Source: Vicugna vicugna
Lineage: Eukaryota
DNA length: 64,000 nt
Assembly (NCBI GenBank): GCA_013265495.1
Contig: MU058423.1
Coordinates: 943,061 to 1,007,060, forward strand
Direction of reading: 5' to 3'
In this document: in pieces, positions 24,601 to 37,947 of the stretch
Layout of the letters: every line of letters begins with the position of its first letter
Numbering within the stretch: the first letter of the stretch is position 1
Made by a program: the position numbers and the translations under genes
The notes under the pieces: generated by a model
Database searches by the model: none
What the model was told of the DNA's origin: nothing
What the model saw: the letters and a program-made list of their open reading frames with translations, nothing else

Positions 24601-25779
24601 AGCCCGCGTCACCTCCCGCACTACACCATATGGCAGAATCTCCCAGGACTTTGCCCCTGGGCTGCCATCACTTCTCCCACCCGCCGGAGAAATGTAAACC
24701 GCAGAGCTTGCTTCGTGGGCCGTCAGGAAAATGCCAGTTCCCACCTGGCTTGGGGCAGCCCACCTACGAAGCACACGGCTGGCTTCCAAAGGTCACGAGG
24801 CCATCCTGGCCTACCCACAGCCGTCTCCCACGTGCCCCAGGCCTTCCGAGTCATTTCCACTCCACCTAATTACCATTCAGGGGAGGAGGAGGGGCGGGCA
24901 AGATATTGTTAGCAACACCAGAAAACAGCAATAGGAGACGGATGACACGGATCCCCTGCTGGCCTCCTCACCTGTCACCCAGTTCCTCACCTGCCAAAGC
25001 TAATTTTCCACTCACCAGTGGGTGAGAGCTCATTTCGGAGTGTGTGAGACACACACACACTCACACGCGTGCCTGGTGCACAGTGCCACTGTGAATGGAG
25101 AAATGCTTCACCAGGGATGCGCTTGTTCTCACTTCCAGTGCACCCCAGTGATTTGTTTATTGACACCTCCACCCCTTGCCAATCTTTTTTCCAGTAGGAA
25201 AGACACAGATGGGGATGCTGGTAAAAGTGGTGCGTACAGACACAGTGCTGGCTCCCACCTCCTCCCAGGCATGCTCATCACACAGCAATTAATGCTCAGA
25301 GCCTGGGATGGGGGTGGGGGACAAAGGACATGGGGGAGGGGGGAGAGGAGCAGACTTCCAACCACTGCCACCCTGAAGGAAGCGGGGTGAGAGCCAGCAC
25401 CGAGTGGTAACACTTGCTCGACGAGGACACACAACTGTGAGCACCACCCACCAGGGGAGTGCGTGTAGGGGCCACACGGGACCTGGCATCGTCATGCTTT
25501 TCCCCATGGTTATCTCATGATTTTGATCGTGACCCTTGACCTGAAAAAGACAGGTTGACAATACTTTGATAAATATCACCAGCCTCCTAAAATTCACCTC
25601 TGATGTTGTGATGGGACACACCCAAACCCAACATCTCCAAGCTACCTACCTGAAATAATAGAACAGATTTCTAAGGCAAGGTATTGGATTCCTCTAGAAA
25701 CACATGCCAAAGTGACGGGGAGGGAAAAGAGGTCTTACCTGGGGTTGGGGTGGAGGTGAGGGGAGCAAGGGATGGAAGA

Positions 25780-26300
25780 TCACTGGGTCTGGGTTCCTTT
25801 GCTGGTTCTGCCATTAGCAACCTGGGTGACCTCGGGCAAATTACTTAACATTTCTGCGCTGCACTTTCCTAAACTGTAAAATCATTGTTCTTGGGTGGGA
25901 AATGCAGACTGTCAGGCTGTAGAGATCACAGAGGAGAGAAGTGAGACCCAAAGAGGTTAAATGACTTATCCAAGGCCGCACTGTGAGGCAGCAGTGTGAC
26001 AGAGGGTGTGGGTTCTAGAGCCAGTGCCAGAGCCTCCGTGTGCCAGAGGGGGTTCTGGTCCCCATCTCTTCCTCATCTGCAGAATGGAGGCACTAAGACT
26101 CCTGCCTCCGAGGGTCTGGGAAGAATAGACGAGTGCCTGACACAAGGAAAGCCTTCAATAAATGTTAGCTAGCTCTATTTTTAGCGACAGACCGGAGGTT
26201 CAGACCCGCATAGTTTGACTTGCAGTCTTCCCATGAGGTCACAATTCCCTGATCGTCTGTAAGGTCCTTTTCAGCTCCGAAATTCTATGATTCTAAGTCA
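25780..26300. mobile_element. Cluster of nested MIR fragments in both orientations
   Basis: gggtgacctcgggcaaattacttaac...ctgtaaaat; gagaagtgagacccaaagaggttaaatgacttatccaaggcc; ttcctcatctgcagaatggag; aaggtccttttcagctcc...attctatgattct. Confidence 0.7.
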
Positions 26301-29300
26301 GAGAGATTAAAATGCAAGTTATTTCCGAAACCCTCCAGGCGGAGACACAAAAGACCATTTGGGGGATTCATTATCCACTCTCCATTGCCTCAGTCACTTT
26401 CTATGGATGATGATTCATTAGGAATAATCACAGCAAAGAAAACCTTTCCAAATGCAGGGAGGAGGGAGGGCGGTAAAACACCCAAACTCCTTCGCATGTT
26501 CAGCTCCTATTCTTCAATACGCATCTTCATTTGTTCAGTGATGGCAGTGTTTCCTGGCCTCATTGCCTTTCCCCTCTGGGAACTGAAGGCTCTCTGTTGG
26601 TACAGACTGCTGCCCGCCCCGTCTGCACCCCACAAAACCCCAGGGAGAAGGTCCTGTCTCTGGTTAAGCAGAAGCCCTCACAGAGGCAGCTGTCACCCAG
26701 GGCACTGACTCCCCTCGGGGTCTCCAAGCTGAAATCTCGGCCCTGTTCCAAGGCTGATGTCTGATTAGGGTGAGGGCAGGGCTCTGGCACCTGCAAAAGA
26801 CCAGCAAGAAGCTTAGGAGCCAGCCTGGAGGCAGCAAGTATGCAGTAAACCAAACCTGACACTTGACCTCTTTTTCCTCTCACCCCATGGCCTCAGGGGG
26901 AGAAGTAGGTAGTCTTTTTTCTCTCTTGCTAACAAATCTTCCCTGGCAAGCAGCCAACGGCTGGCCCTTGCTTACAGCTACCAGAAGCTGGTGGAGATGG
27001 CCAAGCAGTGTGTAATAAGATGCGTTTTCTCTCCGGGTTGCAGGCCATGGTGAGGTTATAGGGAAGCCAGCGCTGGGCCTCCAGGGAGTCAGATGCGGCG
27101 GCATATCCTCCAGGAGAGTGCTAGGAGCAAGTCACCCCCTCTCTCAGTCTAGTTTGCCTCTACCAGCGTTAGTCTGCACCAGTTCCCTAAGTATTTCCCT
27201 TGCTGCACCCTGACATACTTCAGGTGTTCTTTGCAGTCGCAAAATATTTGCTTTTCCAGTGAATGTTTGCAAAATGGAAATATTTGCTTCCCAACTAACA
27301 ATGAAACCATGCTTAGGCACTTTAAGCACCAGGCCCATAGCTGCAAATAATTCCAAATAGGGCTCGATATTAGCCCACAGCCTAATTGCTCTTTATTTGG
27401 ACTACTCTAATTTTGCACGTACAATTTCCTCTGAATTGTTCAGGTAAGATAGTCCATTTATACATGGAGTTATCTCAAACTACTATCCTGCTACTGCTGC
27501 TTCCAACACCTTCCTTCTGTCCCCCTCCATAAAGTTCTAGCACCTGTGTAATTGAGAGCCTGGTCTTGCAGCCCAGGGACTTTGTGATGGCTGTGAGAGC
27601 GGTGATGTTGTGAGCGATGGTGATTCTGCAGAAGGGGAACTACCAGGATTCAATCCCTCACGAGCTCATCATCTCTGTAATCTACATGCCTCCTGCTTTC
27701 TACAGGGTAAGACAATGGGAAGACGTTACCTTGGAAACAGGGAGGCTACTCCATCACCATTCAGACCAATCTCTTGGACCTCAGTTGCTCTGTCTGTAAA
27801 TGGGGAGAATGATACTTTATACTTGAAGACATCAAACGCTAAGGGGCTTTTCATGACTTGAGCCTTTGATTCCACCTCCCAGCCAAAGGAGTATGCAATT
27901 AAATCCCAAAGTGAATCTTTCTTTGGCAACCAAGAGGCCCTCTAACACACAGGCTACTAGGTCTTTCTGCTGCCCTCCCTGGTATTGGGATTGTAAGAAG
28001 TGGAGGAGCCCAGACCTTTGTCTGAGGTGGACAGAGGAAGATGTCATGAAAACTGAGAGTTACATTATCTTAAGCAGAGGGAGTCCTCCGTCCAGTCCCT
28101 CCCCCACCATCCCAGTGTGCTCACACCAGACGCGCAGTCTCTGCTCGGCACCTCTGGGCCTGCCTGCCAGGAGAGGTCTTCTCCCTGGAGAGAAACAGTT
28201 CCGCAGCGATAGCTGAACACATTCCAACAGCACATGTTTATCTCTAGGGTCAGCCTTTCCTGTTGATGCTCAGGAGGTGTGGGGGGAGAGGGGGTTGGGA
28301 TAATGGCTGTTGGCAGTCACAAGGGGCAGGAGTATGTGGGCGATGGGGACACGGACCCCGCCCTTGGGAGGGTGATGTTATGATGAGGTTTCCAGACTGT
28401 GTGTGGCCACATATCTCTTTCCTCACATCAGGATGAGCTCCGGAGGTCTTCTGTTGCCAGTGAAATGAGAGGGACACTGCCTCATTCAGAGCAGGATAAG
28501 ACGTGGTGGGTGGGGACCTCCAGGTGGGGGCCGTAGGAGCTGAAGCCAGGAGCATGGCAGTGTTTCCATTGTTTAAGATCTGAGCTCTGTTGGGACACAA
28601 CGGGTTCTGCCTCTCTCTTTGAGCTCAGTCATTGGTGCCAAGACCTTCGGGCTCTGGCAGTGGGGCAGAGGGGACCACCCTCCCTGACGAGGCTGGGCAA
28701 ACCGCAAGAGTTTGATACCCTTAGGCACCGTTTCCAGGAGCTGCACCCCCTCCCTCCGGAAAAGTATCCACCTTGCACTTATCCCCACCAGCAGAGGGCA
28801 AAGCTGAGATGCCTTCTGAGGGTTCCACTCCTGCTCTGGATGGCTTTGAGAAAGTATGTTCGCATCCAGTCTCAAGACCTTTGATTTATTCTTTATTTTC
28901 AAATGAGGTAATATCATCTTTCTCCCAGGCTGAGTTTTGGGGGGCAGGTGGGAGGAGACTGAACCATTTGGTTCCTTTTCAGCAAAAATGAATCATGTCC
29001 CCTATTACCCATCCCCCATCCTCAGCCCAGGAGTATTTACCCCTGTTTATATAACCATGGTAACAGGCTTTATTCTCTACCACTTAAAAAAAAAGATAGA
29101 AAGAAAAGTGGGAGGCAGGGCTTTTTCCTACTCTGTCTCCTACTCTGCCCAGGTGATAGAGCTATCTCCAGAACCATGTAAGAGAGAGAGCCCCCACACA
29201 GCCTGATGTTGTGTGGGCTTCTCGGGAGCAAGGGAGCAAGAAAGTTGCAATGGCCCAGCATCATAAAAATACTGCAGAGTTTCAGAGTAATTGTCCTTCA

Positions 29301-30029
29301 AACTCCTGTGGAGCCACACAGGAATAGTACCTCTGACTTGTCTGGGACCTCTCTTTTGACCACTGTACTGAGATTACAATCATCAGGGGGTTTTTTTTCT
29401 TGCCATACCGTTGACGCTAAAAGAGGACAGAATGCAATCTGGCTTTGCTAACAATATATTCTTCATCTCTAAGATGGATTCCTCTTGTATTGACTACTTC
29501 ACAGTCAAAATAGTTTTGTAAGGAATATGTGTTAGGTTCACATAGGTTTAAACCGTAAGTGAGGGAAACTGAGGGCACTAAAAGGAAACCACTTGTGCAA
29601 GGTCATACTGTGTTGTCAATGGTCCAGAAGGCCTAATCACCGAGTCTTGAATTCTTTCCAAGAGATCAGCCTGCATCTCTTGGAGTTTTAGCCATAGCCA
29701 CCCTCCTCCTAACTTCCAAGAGTATTCCAGTCCGTGAGCTCACAGGATGAAGAAAACCAGGCCTGAAACTGAACCCTGAAGACTATTTTAACCACATATC
29801 CACAAACTCAGTGCCTCCTATAGCCGCCACTACTGTCAGGTGCTGGAGAGAAAAGCACTCCTCTCTGGGCTTTGGAACGCTTTTGTGGTGTTTCTCCCAG
29901 CTTAAAGCTTCCTCCGTGGACTGTATGTTAATGGCCAGTCCCAGAGGATGCAACAACTCCAGAACTGGTTCAGTTGGGCTGGAGACCTCAGCTGGGAGCT
30001 GCAGGTGGCTTCCACTCTGAACACCGCTC

Positions 30030-30965
30030 GGATTGCACCCAAGGAGGCCCCTTGGGCGTCTCAGCTCACAACTGCAAGAAGGTTGGGTCCACGGCTGCAA
30101 AGCTGCGCGGACCAGTTGGGCAGGACTCGGCCGGCCCCCTCCAGGAGGGCAGAAGAAAATGAGATTTCAGGCTCTCCCGGCCTGCGCTGGAAACGCAGGA
30201 GTAGATTCTCAGCTCCATCCCGCGACCGTTGGCTTTTCAGGCCAAGCAGGATCCTAAGCAGCTGCCGCGAAGGAAGTGCGGACACCCGAGCTTGGCGAGG
30301 GGCTACGGAGACACAGGCTTCGGACTGGGTTCTGACCCACCTGTGCCTCTTCCTTTTCTCTGTCCAGCGGGTACCGCTGCCCAACTTCATCCAAAGGGGT
30401 CACTCAGGGCTAGGCCAAGAGCCGTGGGCAAGGTCCACTCTAACTGAGAACCCGGGGTTAAGTGGAGGCCATCTGACAGGACTCTGCAAAGTCTTCACTT
30501 TTAAAGATGTTCATTTTGATCTTCCCTTCCTCCTTCGCTCTCACCTCTCAGCAGCGAGAAGAAGTGGTGGCGCTACTTGCTGACACGGATCAGAACGACC
30601 ACAGCGCCTGCCTTGTTTTCTGGCGCCTTCTCTTGAATCTTCAGGGTTCTGACTTGGAGACCCCTAAATTTTGCCTGGGGCAACTTTCCTCCATTAGTTC
30701 CTTTGAAACGGCACTCTACTAATTACGCTAATTACTCTCGAGCCCTGAAACACCGCCCCCCGCCCCCCGCAGGCCAGGCCGTGCGGCGCGGCGCCAGGGC
30801 ACTGGGTGGGAACCGCAGCAGGGACGCGCGCGGAGGCTGGCGTCGAGGGGTCCGGGGGAGCAGCGTCCACGCCGGCCTGCAGCCCCTCTCGGGTCCATCG
30901 GCCGCAACTCCACCGCCCAGGGCCTGGCTGGAGCTCGAACACCTCCAGTGCTTGGGCCACGCCTG
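30030..30965. promoter_or_regulatory. CpG-rich element upstream of the INKA2 promoter
   Basis: Local CpG enrichment, strongest at 30740-30960, with GC boxes (ccccgcccc). Confidence 0.6.
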
Positions 30966-31539
30966 TTGAAGAGAATCAGGATCTTTGAATGAATCCCGTC
31001 CTTTCCCCGACCTTACAGAGTTTCGCAAGTGGCCAGAGCAAGAGTTGGAATAACTGACTCCGGAGTACTGGGGAAGAGAAAGGCTTCCTCCCCCACCCCC
31101 TGCCCACCCTAGGGAAAGCAGCTTCCATCCCATTATTTTATATTTTCATAAAGAATCGTTACCTGAAATTACCACGTCTATATATTTTTTTTAACTGTTT
31201 ATCTCATTCCATTCCTTTCCCCTATCGCATGTATGTCCTTGAGACCAGAGACCTGGCCTGTCTTATTCAGTATCCTCAGACCTACTGCATGGGCTGGAGA
31301 GCAGTAGATTCTCCATTGCTTCGTGTCAAATACGCGAATAGACGGAGAGGCGGCTCCTCGGCTCCAGGGGTGAGGACTGGACTGGGAGGATGCTACACTA
31401 GGAGGCGAGGTGGACCCACACTTTCAGAGTGCACTTTTTTGAACACTTTAGGATTTAAAAGAGCTGCTGAGTGGCATTTAGAGTGGGATGTTCCTTTTCT
31501 GATCGAAGTTTGGGTAACGAGGTTGACACTAAGGCGATC

Positions 31540-32870
31540 AGCTTCTGAGACCGCTACCCAGTGCCCATCCATAAGACGGGGTTCTCTCTTTAGGACCAGA
31601 GGGTCACGTGCTTTGCTGGAGGATGTCAGTAGTCTGGCGTCACGATACCTCCTGACGTGCCGGGGCCAGACCAGGTGTCCCCACGCAAGCCCCCTAGAAG
31701 CCGCGGCCCTAGTCCTGTGGACACACCCGCCCCAGGGTCCACCCACAGAAACCCAGCCCGCGCCCCCCGTGCGCTCTTTTCATTGGCTAAAGGCATCCCC
31801 CCTGAATTCTCATAGGCTGTCCCACTTTTCCCTCCGCCCCCCGCACGGACCGCGCGCCGCGAGCAGCCAGGGAAGCGGCTCCAAGTCCTGGCTTGCGAGC
31901 AGAGGCTCCGCTCCGCGCTGTGAGAGACGCGGAGCGCCAGGGCCGGGAGCCGGCCGAGCTCAGTGTCAGTGGGACCGGTGTCCCCACCCCAGGACTCTCT
32001 CGTGGAGCCGAGCCCGGCCAATGGCCGCATGAGGAAGAAGAGCAGGGAAATGGACTGCTATTTGCGCCGCCTCAAACAGGAGCTGGTAAGAGTGGAGCGG
32101 GCGCCGGGGGCTGGGAGGGCTGCCCCGCCCCGACGGGTACATGGCCTCTGCCTGGGCCCCGAGACCAGGACGCGCGCGGGGCGGAGGGGACGCGGCACGC
32201 GGGCGGAGGGCAGGGCTGTCCCGAGGGAAAGGGGCCGCGAGGAAACTTGGGGTAGAGGCTTGTGTGAGAGGGAGGCAGTCACGAACAAGTGAGAGAGACA
32301 GGGAGAGCCAAGCCAGCCCAGACCGAAATGCGTCCAGAGACCCCAAGGGAGCTAAGAGGGCGCACCCGAGACCAGGCAGAGTGGGACCCGGGGGTCCCGC
32401 ACGGAAAGAGCGGGACGCGGGTGCCGGACTGCTGGGGCTGCGCGGGGCCGGGAGGGGCCCGGAGAAGGGGGCGCGGCCCGGACCCCGTCTGGGGCAGGAG
32501 GTCGGCCGGGAACTGCTCGCTCGAGGGGAGCTGGCACCGCCGGGGGCCTCAGCCCAGGCGGCCGGGCTTGGCAGGGCTGGCGCGGCTGCGGGGGCAGGCC
32601 CGGCCGGCTGTCTGCCTGGGCTTGTCTGCCAGCGGGGAGGGGGCTGGCAGCTGGACCGGCGCGGGAGGGCCGGGTGCGGGATGAGGGCGCCGCCTGGCAG
32701 CTCGCGAGCGGGGAGCTGCGGAGGCCTAGCCAGATGTCAGGTCTGGGCTTGGGGAGTGAGGAGGGGAGCGTGCGGAGGCTGGGGTACATGGGCTGGGAGA
32801 AGTGGCTCAGTCTGGAGCGAGGCGGGGGGTGGGTGGAAATCGCCCACGTGGGGAGAGGGGGCCTGCTGAA
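31540..32870. promoter_or_regulatory. CpG island / INKA2 promoter and first exon
   Basis: Very high CpG density; E-box GTCACGTG (31603-31610), CRE-like half sites (~31637-31659), NF-Y ATTGG (31782-31786), GC boxes. Confidence 0.9.
32029..32085 (+). CDS. INKA2: INKA2 (FAM212B) coding exon 1: MRKKSREMDCYLRRLKQEL
   Basis: Matches the INKA2 N-terminus; CTG|GTAAGA donor, phase 0. The second in-frame ATG at 32050 has the better Kozak context. Confidence 0.9.
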
Positions 32871-35619
32871 GCTCTGTTGTGGAGGGGAGGAGCATGTTGC
32901 TTTTCACTGAATTGACATCCCCCCCCCATCTGCCACCTCTCTTGTTCCTTCAACTATCAGGATCCAGACAGATACTCTCCACGTCCCCTACCTGCACCCC
33001 GCCTCCATCTCTGTCAAGCAGGCTCTCTTGGGACTTCACTTCCGCCTTTTTTTTGTCCCTTTTAGTTTGTTTCTCTTGGAGTCGCCCTCTTCTCAGTCTC
33101 ACTTTTCTTCCTTCCTCTTCTTACTTTTCAGAGCCAGGGGCACCCTGGATCCAGAAAGTGCCAGCCATGGCTCTCCAGATTCCATGACAGTCTCTCCCAG
33201 TCCTGCCTGCAAACTCTCCACTCTTCCTGCGGGGGAGGGAACTCGGCAGCTGGATCAGGGGCCAGCTTTGGGGGAGGGGGAGCTCTCAGCAGCAGGTGTT
33301 CTCACTGATGCTTCCTAGTCTAGTGGCCCAGGCACCTTTCCTGTCTGTCCTACTCCAGGGCCTGTCTTCTCAGGTCAAGGTCACTTCTCTGGTACTTCCT
33401 CCTGAACCCTTTTTATGGTGACAGTCAGATGGGAACGTTACCCGGAGGAATGTTTCTTAGATGAGGGACAGAAGAGTCTCTCTCCATCATGTCCCTTCCT
33501 GTATGCATTTTCTCATGTTTCCCGTATCAGTTTGGGATGGCTGGCCCCAACCCACACGTACACTATTCTGACTTTTCCCCTTCACTTGTCCAATACCAGA
33601 AAGAAAGGTGAGGATCATCACTGATAATATCTGGAGTCCAAGGCCCATGCTGAGAAAAGTATCTAACAGAATCCTCTTTTATGCTTGAAATCTGGGACCA
33701 CACCACCCACCTCAGGATCTGCCTTAATAGAGGGTTTGTGGGTGTTCCTGGCATGGGCTTGAATTTTAAAATCCGACTGATTTGCATTTTTTACAGCACC
33801 CTAGGTGGGAGGTGGTGAGGGGAGGAAGAGAGAGTCTGTGGATGCCAAAGGAATAAAAAAGGCAATAGGAATCTGCACTGAGCTGAACTCCAGGTCTCGA
33901 TTTGCACCCTCTCCTGCCAAGGACTTGAGCCCCCAGTCCCAGTCCCCCCCGGAGGAGGAAGGAGAGAGGCTGAAGTCACCCGGCTCCCCATTAGCTTTCA
34001 TTTTGCCCTTTGTCTGAGCAGTTTCAGCCTTTGACTCTCTTGGAGAGGAAGCCAGATGCCTGGCCTGGGGCCCAGAATGACACTCAGATGGGAGAGCTTT
34101 GCACCCTCCCTCCACCCATGGTGTTCCGCCCCCTTCCTTGGTGCCAGTCTGCCCAGAGATGAGATGGAGCAGAGTGACAGGCAGAGCTATTAGAGTCTTT
34201 TTCCCTCCCTGACACCTCAGCCCAGTGCTTAGGTAGCAAAGCCAAATCTCAGTGCCTCAGTTTTCCCAGTGAGAGTGAAGGAGAAAGTGGGCTGAGTTAA
34301 CGCAGGCTCAGCTTTTGGCTTCTCCAAGGACTGTGGGGGTTGAATTCAGTGCAGCTTGGTTGCGGCTGGGATAGGAAAGTGTTGGCTTGTTTGCCCCCTA
34401 GGCCTGCAGTGGGGTGGGCACGGCATACAATCAGTGTGTGTCATGAGCTTGAAGTGTGTGATGTGGTCATCCCAGGCAGAGCCTTCCCTGCCGCCCACAG
34501 GAGGACTGTGTGTTGACTGGTTTTGTGCGAAGTCAGCATCTACCCAGAAATGGCACCCATGGAATACTAGTCGAGTTCTACATTCATTTATTCCATTAAA
34601 TTCCCTTCAAGAAACATGTGTCCTACAGACACCGGGTTAAACCTGCTGGAAAAGGAAACATTAACTAGCTGTGAAGTTATCTTTGTCCAGAGGGTATTAT
34701 TCTGTGCTCCTCTCCTGCATCCTGGCCCTGCCCTGCCCTTGGCCCAGAAAATCTAGACAAGAAGAATCAGTTTCTGAAAACCAAAGCAGCAGAATTTCCC
34801 AATTTCCTGAAGCAGAAAATTTGCTTTGTAACAAGTGAGCACTGAGGGGAGGCTGAGGGTTTGGGGATCCTGGCTCAATTAAGTTGATGTCTAGAGAACT
34901 GGCTCTTTCCTCCTGTTTGTAAGAAGACGGGGATCTGGTTTCAGGGCTGCAATGTGGCAGGAGAGTAGCAGCAGCTGACACACTTCTTCATTAGGATGAA
35001 GAGGTCGGGGCTCCAGCTACTCAGCAGGGAACATATCTCTCCCGAAAGAGCCGCCAAAGAGGGGCCCTGCCTGAACAGAGGCCTTGGGACCAGCTGTTCC
35101 TTATATGCTGTTCCCTGGAGGGCTTCCAACAAATAGGGTAGACACAGGCACACAGAGGGAGCAGATGTAAGATCCTCACAGGGCATTGCTCATGAGTTCA
35201 GATCAGTGTAGAGCAAACAGAGTGCGTAAAGTCTGAGTAAAGTACAGCCAGGCTGGGAAGGCTTCCTGGAGGAGGAGGAGGTTTTTGGAGCCAGTTCCTG
35301 GAATGTTGATCCTAGCTGAAATATGGTGAAGCAGCCCTTTCTCTGGCTGGGGAAGGTCCTTCTAGAACAGCTTGGTGTTCCTAGAAGGCAATTATCTATC
35401 CACTAGTGGCCACAAGTTCAGAAGCTTCTGGCACATGGAGGAGGACCAGGGTCCAAAGGCAAAGTAAGGAGGAGAAAAGGTGATAGAGGAGATACATTAG
35501 GAACAGCCTTCTGCTCTTGGGGCAAAAGGCAAATTTCCCGAGGCAGAAAAAAGCTTTTGCAAGGGATCTCCTAACGTGGTCTCCCCTGATGTTTAGAGCT
35601 CAGGGAAGAGGACTTTGGA

Positions 35620-35830
35620 CTAGACGGTGTGGCATGGTGTGGTCATGGGGAAGAGTGTGGAGCATAGGATTTGGGGTCAGGCCAACTTGAACTGAAATCT
35701 CTGCTGTGTGACCCTGGCAGATTACTTGACCTCTCTGTGTCTTGGTTTTTTCATCTGTAAAATGGGGTTTTAAAAATACCGACTTTATACAGCTACTGTG
35801 AAGATTAAATGACAGCATATATCACATGCT
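35620..35830 (+). mobile_element. MIR SINE
   Basis: gctgtgtgaccctggcagattacttgacctctctgtgtcttggttttttcatctgtaaaatgggg...gtgaagattaaatga. Confidence 0.85.
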
Positions 35831-35929
35831 TCCCTAGCTGTATGTCCCTAACACATAACATGGTGCCTGATGTGTTTTAGGCACTAGGTAAACTCTTGAT
35901 GACGAACTGATCAGCCTGGTGTCATGTGC

Positions 35930-36960
35930 CACTCATTCACAGAACACACTTACTGAATTCATGCTATGTGTAAAGCACTTTGTCCAGCACTAGTGCTGTG
36001 GTTACAAATATAACAGACACAGATCCCGCCTTCTGGGAACTCACAGCTTAGTAGGAGTGATAATAACAACATATATTGACGTTGAGGATTATTGCTGTGC
36101 CAGATAGCTAATGTGTTATGTTACTTAATTGCCAAAGCAACACTAAGAAGTTGTGCTTCCGTTATTGCAGTTTTATAAATGAGACATGGGGCGGTTAAGT
36201 GACCTGGCTGAGGAATAGAGCTGCTAAGTGGCGGAGCTAGGATTCAAGCCCAGCCAGTCTGACTGCAGAACTCACACTTTTAGCCAGTACGTGCATGCAA
36301 ACCTTGTACAGAAATAGAGGGTACGTGTTAGGTGAGAGGCTCCTGTTCAGGGCTCTGAAAGGGAGGAAATGCCTCCAGCAAGGAGATCGGGGGAGGCTTC
36401 GTGGAAGAGGTGACATTCAAGCCAGGCCTTGAGGGATAACTAAGGATGGAAATAGGAGGAAAACAGCATTCCAGGCAGATACTAAGATGACATGACCAAA
36501 AGGCACAGAGATAGCAGTAACAGGGACATTCAAAGACTGTCTAGACGGGATGTTTGAAGACTCACTTGAGTTTGGCTGGAACATAGGGTGTATGCAGAGA
36601 AATTGTGGGCACCAGGGCTGGAAGAGCAGTTGAGAGCAGACTAGGTGGTGATGATGGAGGCCTTGAATGCCATGCTAAAGAGCCTGACCTTTTCTCTGTG
36701 CATTGTGGAGCAGAGTGACGAGAGATGTGCCCTGGGATCTAGGAGGTGGTAGGGGGTGTAGGTGGGGGGAGGGAGGAAATCGAGGCAGGAAGATGAGTCT
36801 GAAGGTTATTATTACAAGAGTCCACACAGGAGCTTATGAAGGCCTGAAGCAGAAAGGAGAAGAAGGTGACTCTTTGAGGGCCCTTGGATGCCCAAGGAAC
36901 TTGGATGACTGATTGCACGGAGAGGGGCTAACACTAGTCAGGGGAGAGGTGAGGCTGAAA
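35930..36960. mobile_element. L2 fragment interrupted by a MIR (~36070-36290, minus)
   Basis: cattcacagaacacttactgaattcatgctatgtg...ggaactcacagc; ggttaagtgacctggc...ggagctaggattcaagcccag; gaggtgacattcaagccaggccttgaggga...ggccttgaatgccatgctaaagag. Confidence 0.75.
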
Positions 36961-37947
36961 GGCAAGCTCCCTTCAGGGGCAAGACGAGGCCCCTCTCTCC
37001 ATCTGTCTGCCTCTTGCCCGAGCGCACGGCCCCCAGGAGCCTGTTGAGTTGGGAAAGTGGGCGCATCCATCTCACACTTCCTCCTTTCTTTACCCTCTTC
37101 CCTCCTCCAGCTCTTGGCACCGTTTCTGCTTTACCTTCCTGTTCAGCGCTCCAGCCAAGAGCAGTGGGGGGCAGGGGATGCTGTGAAGGTCCCTATTCAC
37201 TGAGCTGGAGAATGGGCCACTTGGCAAAAGCGGGTCTTTTCCCATTTCCGGCTCTGAACCTCCTTCTAGCTTCCAGAGGGGCTGAAAGGAACTGTGTGGG
37301 GATCTTGTGAGTAATGGGCGTTGGGGGGGAGCAGAGCAGGGCACACCGCCAGGTCCATGGTAAAGCTGGAGCCTGTGTCAAAGGATTCTGGCTGAGCCGG
37401 GAGAGGGCGTGAGACGGATGGATAGAGGGCACAGCTGTGGGATCAGTCAGGGGCCCAGGAGAGGGCTTGGGAAGGTTGCCGAGGATGCTGGTGTCACATT
37501 TTCCCATCCTCACTCCTCCCGCACCACAAAGGGCCAGCGAGTGCCAGTGGGGGAGCCGTCCATGCACAGTGGACCCCTCACTACCCCACCGAGGGCTCAG
37601 GACTGGAGGGCCAGGATGGAGGGTTGGGCTTCCCAGGAGCATCGTCCCCGTCAGCCCCAGGCAGCAGCTCCTCTCCCCCTCGGATGATTCAGTGAAGAGA
37701 CGCCTCCAGTGGGAATGCGCTGAATGGGGTCTTGGAGTCCCTCCAAGATTCATGCTCTTCATCCCCATATGATGATAATTGCACTTACCCAGCCCACTGA
37801 CTATGCTGGTTTCCTCTCACAACAGTCCCATGAGGCTGAAAAGTCAGGGGTCATGATGACATGGAGAGCCCACTGGCCTGGAGTAAGAGGCCAGGCGTGG
37901 GGTCCCAGTCCTCCCACTAACACACCTCAGAACCTCAGGCAACAGAC

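Noticed and set aside
29948..30583. 211-aa ORF
   Set aside because: No recognisable family, overlapping ORFs in several frames, GC-driven.
31229..32032. 267-aa ORF upstream of INKA2
   Set aside because: It starts in an L2-like remnant, runs through the GC-rich promoter and has no recognisable domain; long ORFs are expected in CpG islands. Only its last 3 codons matter, as the uORF.
32141..32869. 242-aa Gly/Arg/Ala-rich ORF
   Set aside because: It lies in the CpG island of INKA2 intron 1 and is a composition artefact.
36960..36986. Possible p53 response element (AGGCAAGCTC-7nt-GGGCAAGACG); isolated half-sites also at 32618-27, 46631-40 and 48633-42
   Set aside because: INKA2 is reported as a p53 target, but I found no zero-spacer full site; half-sites occur by chance.
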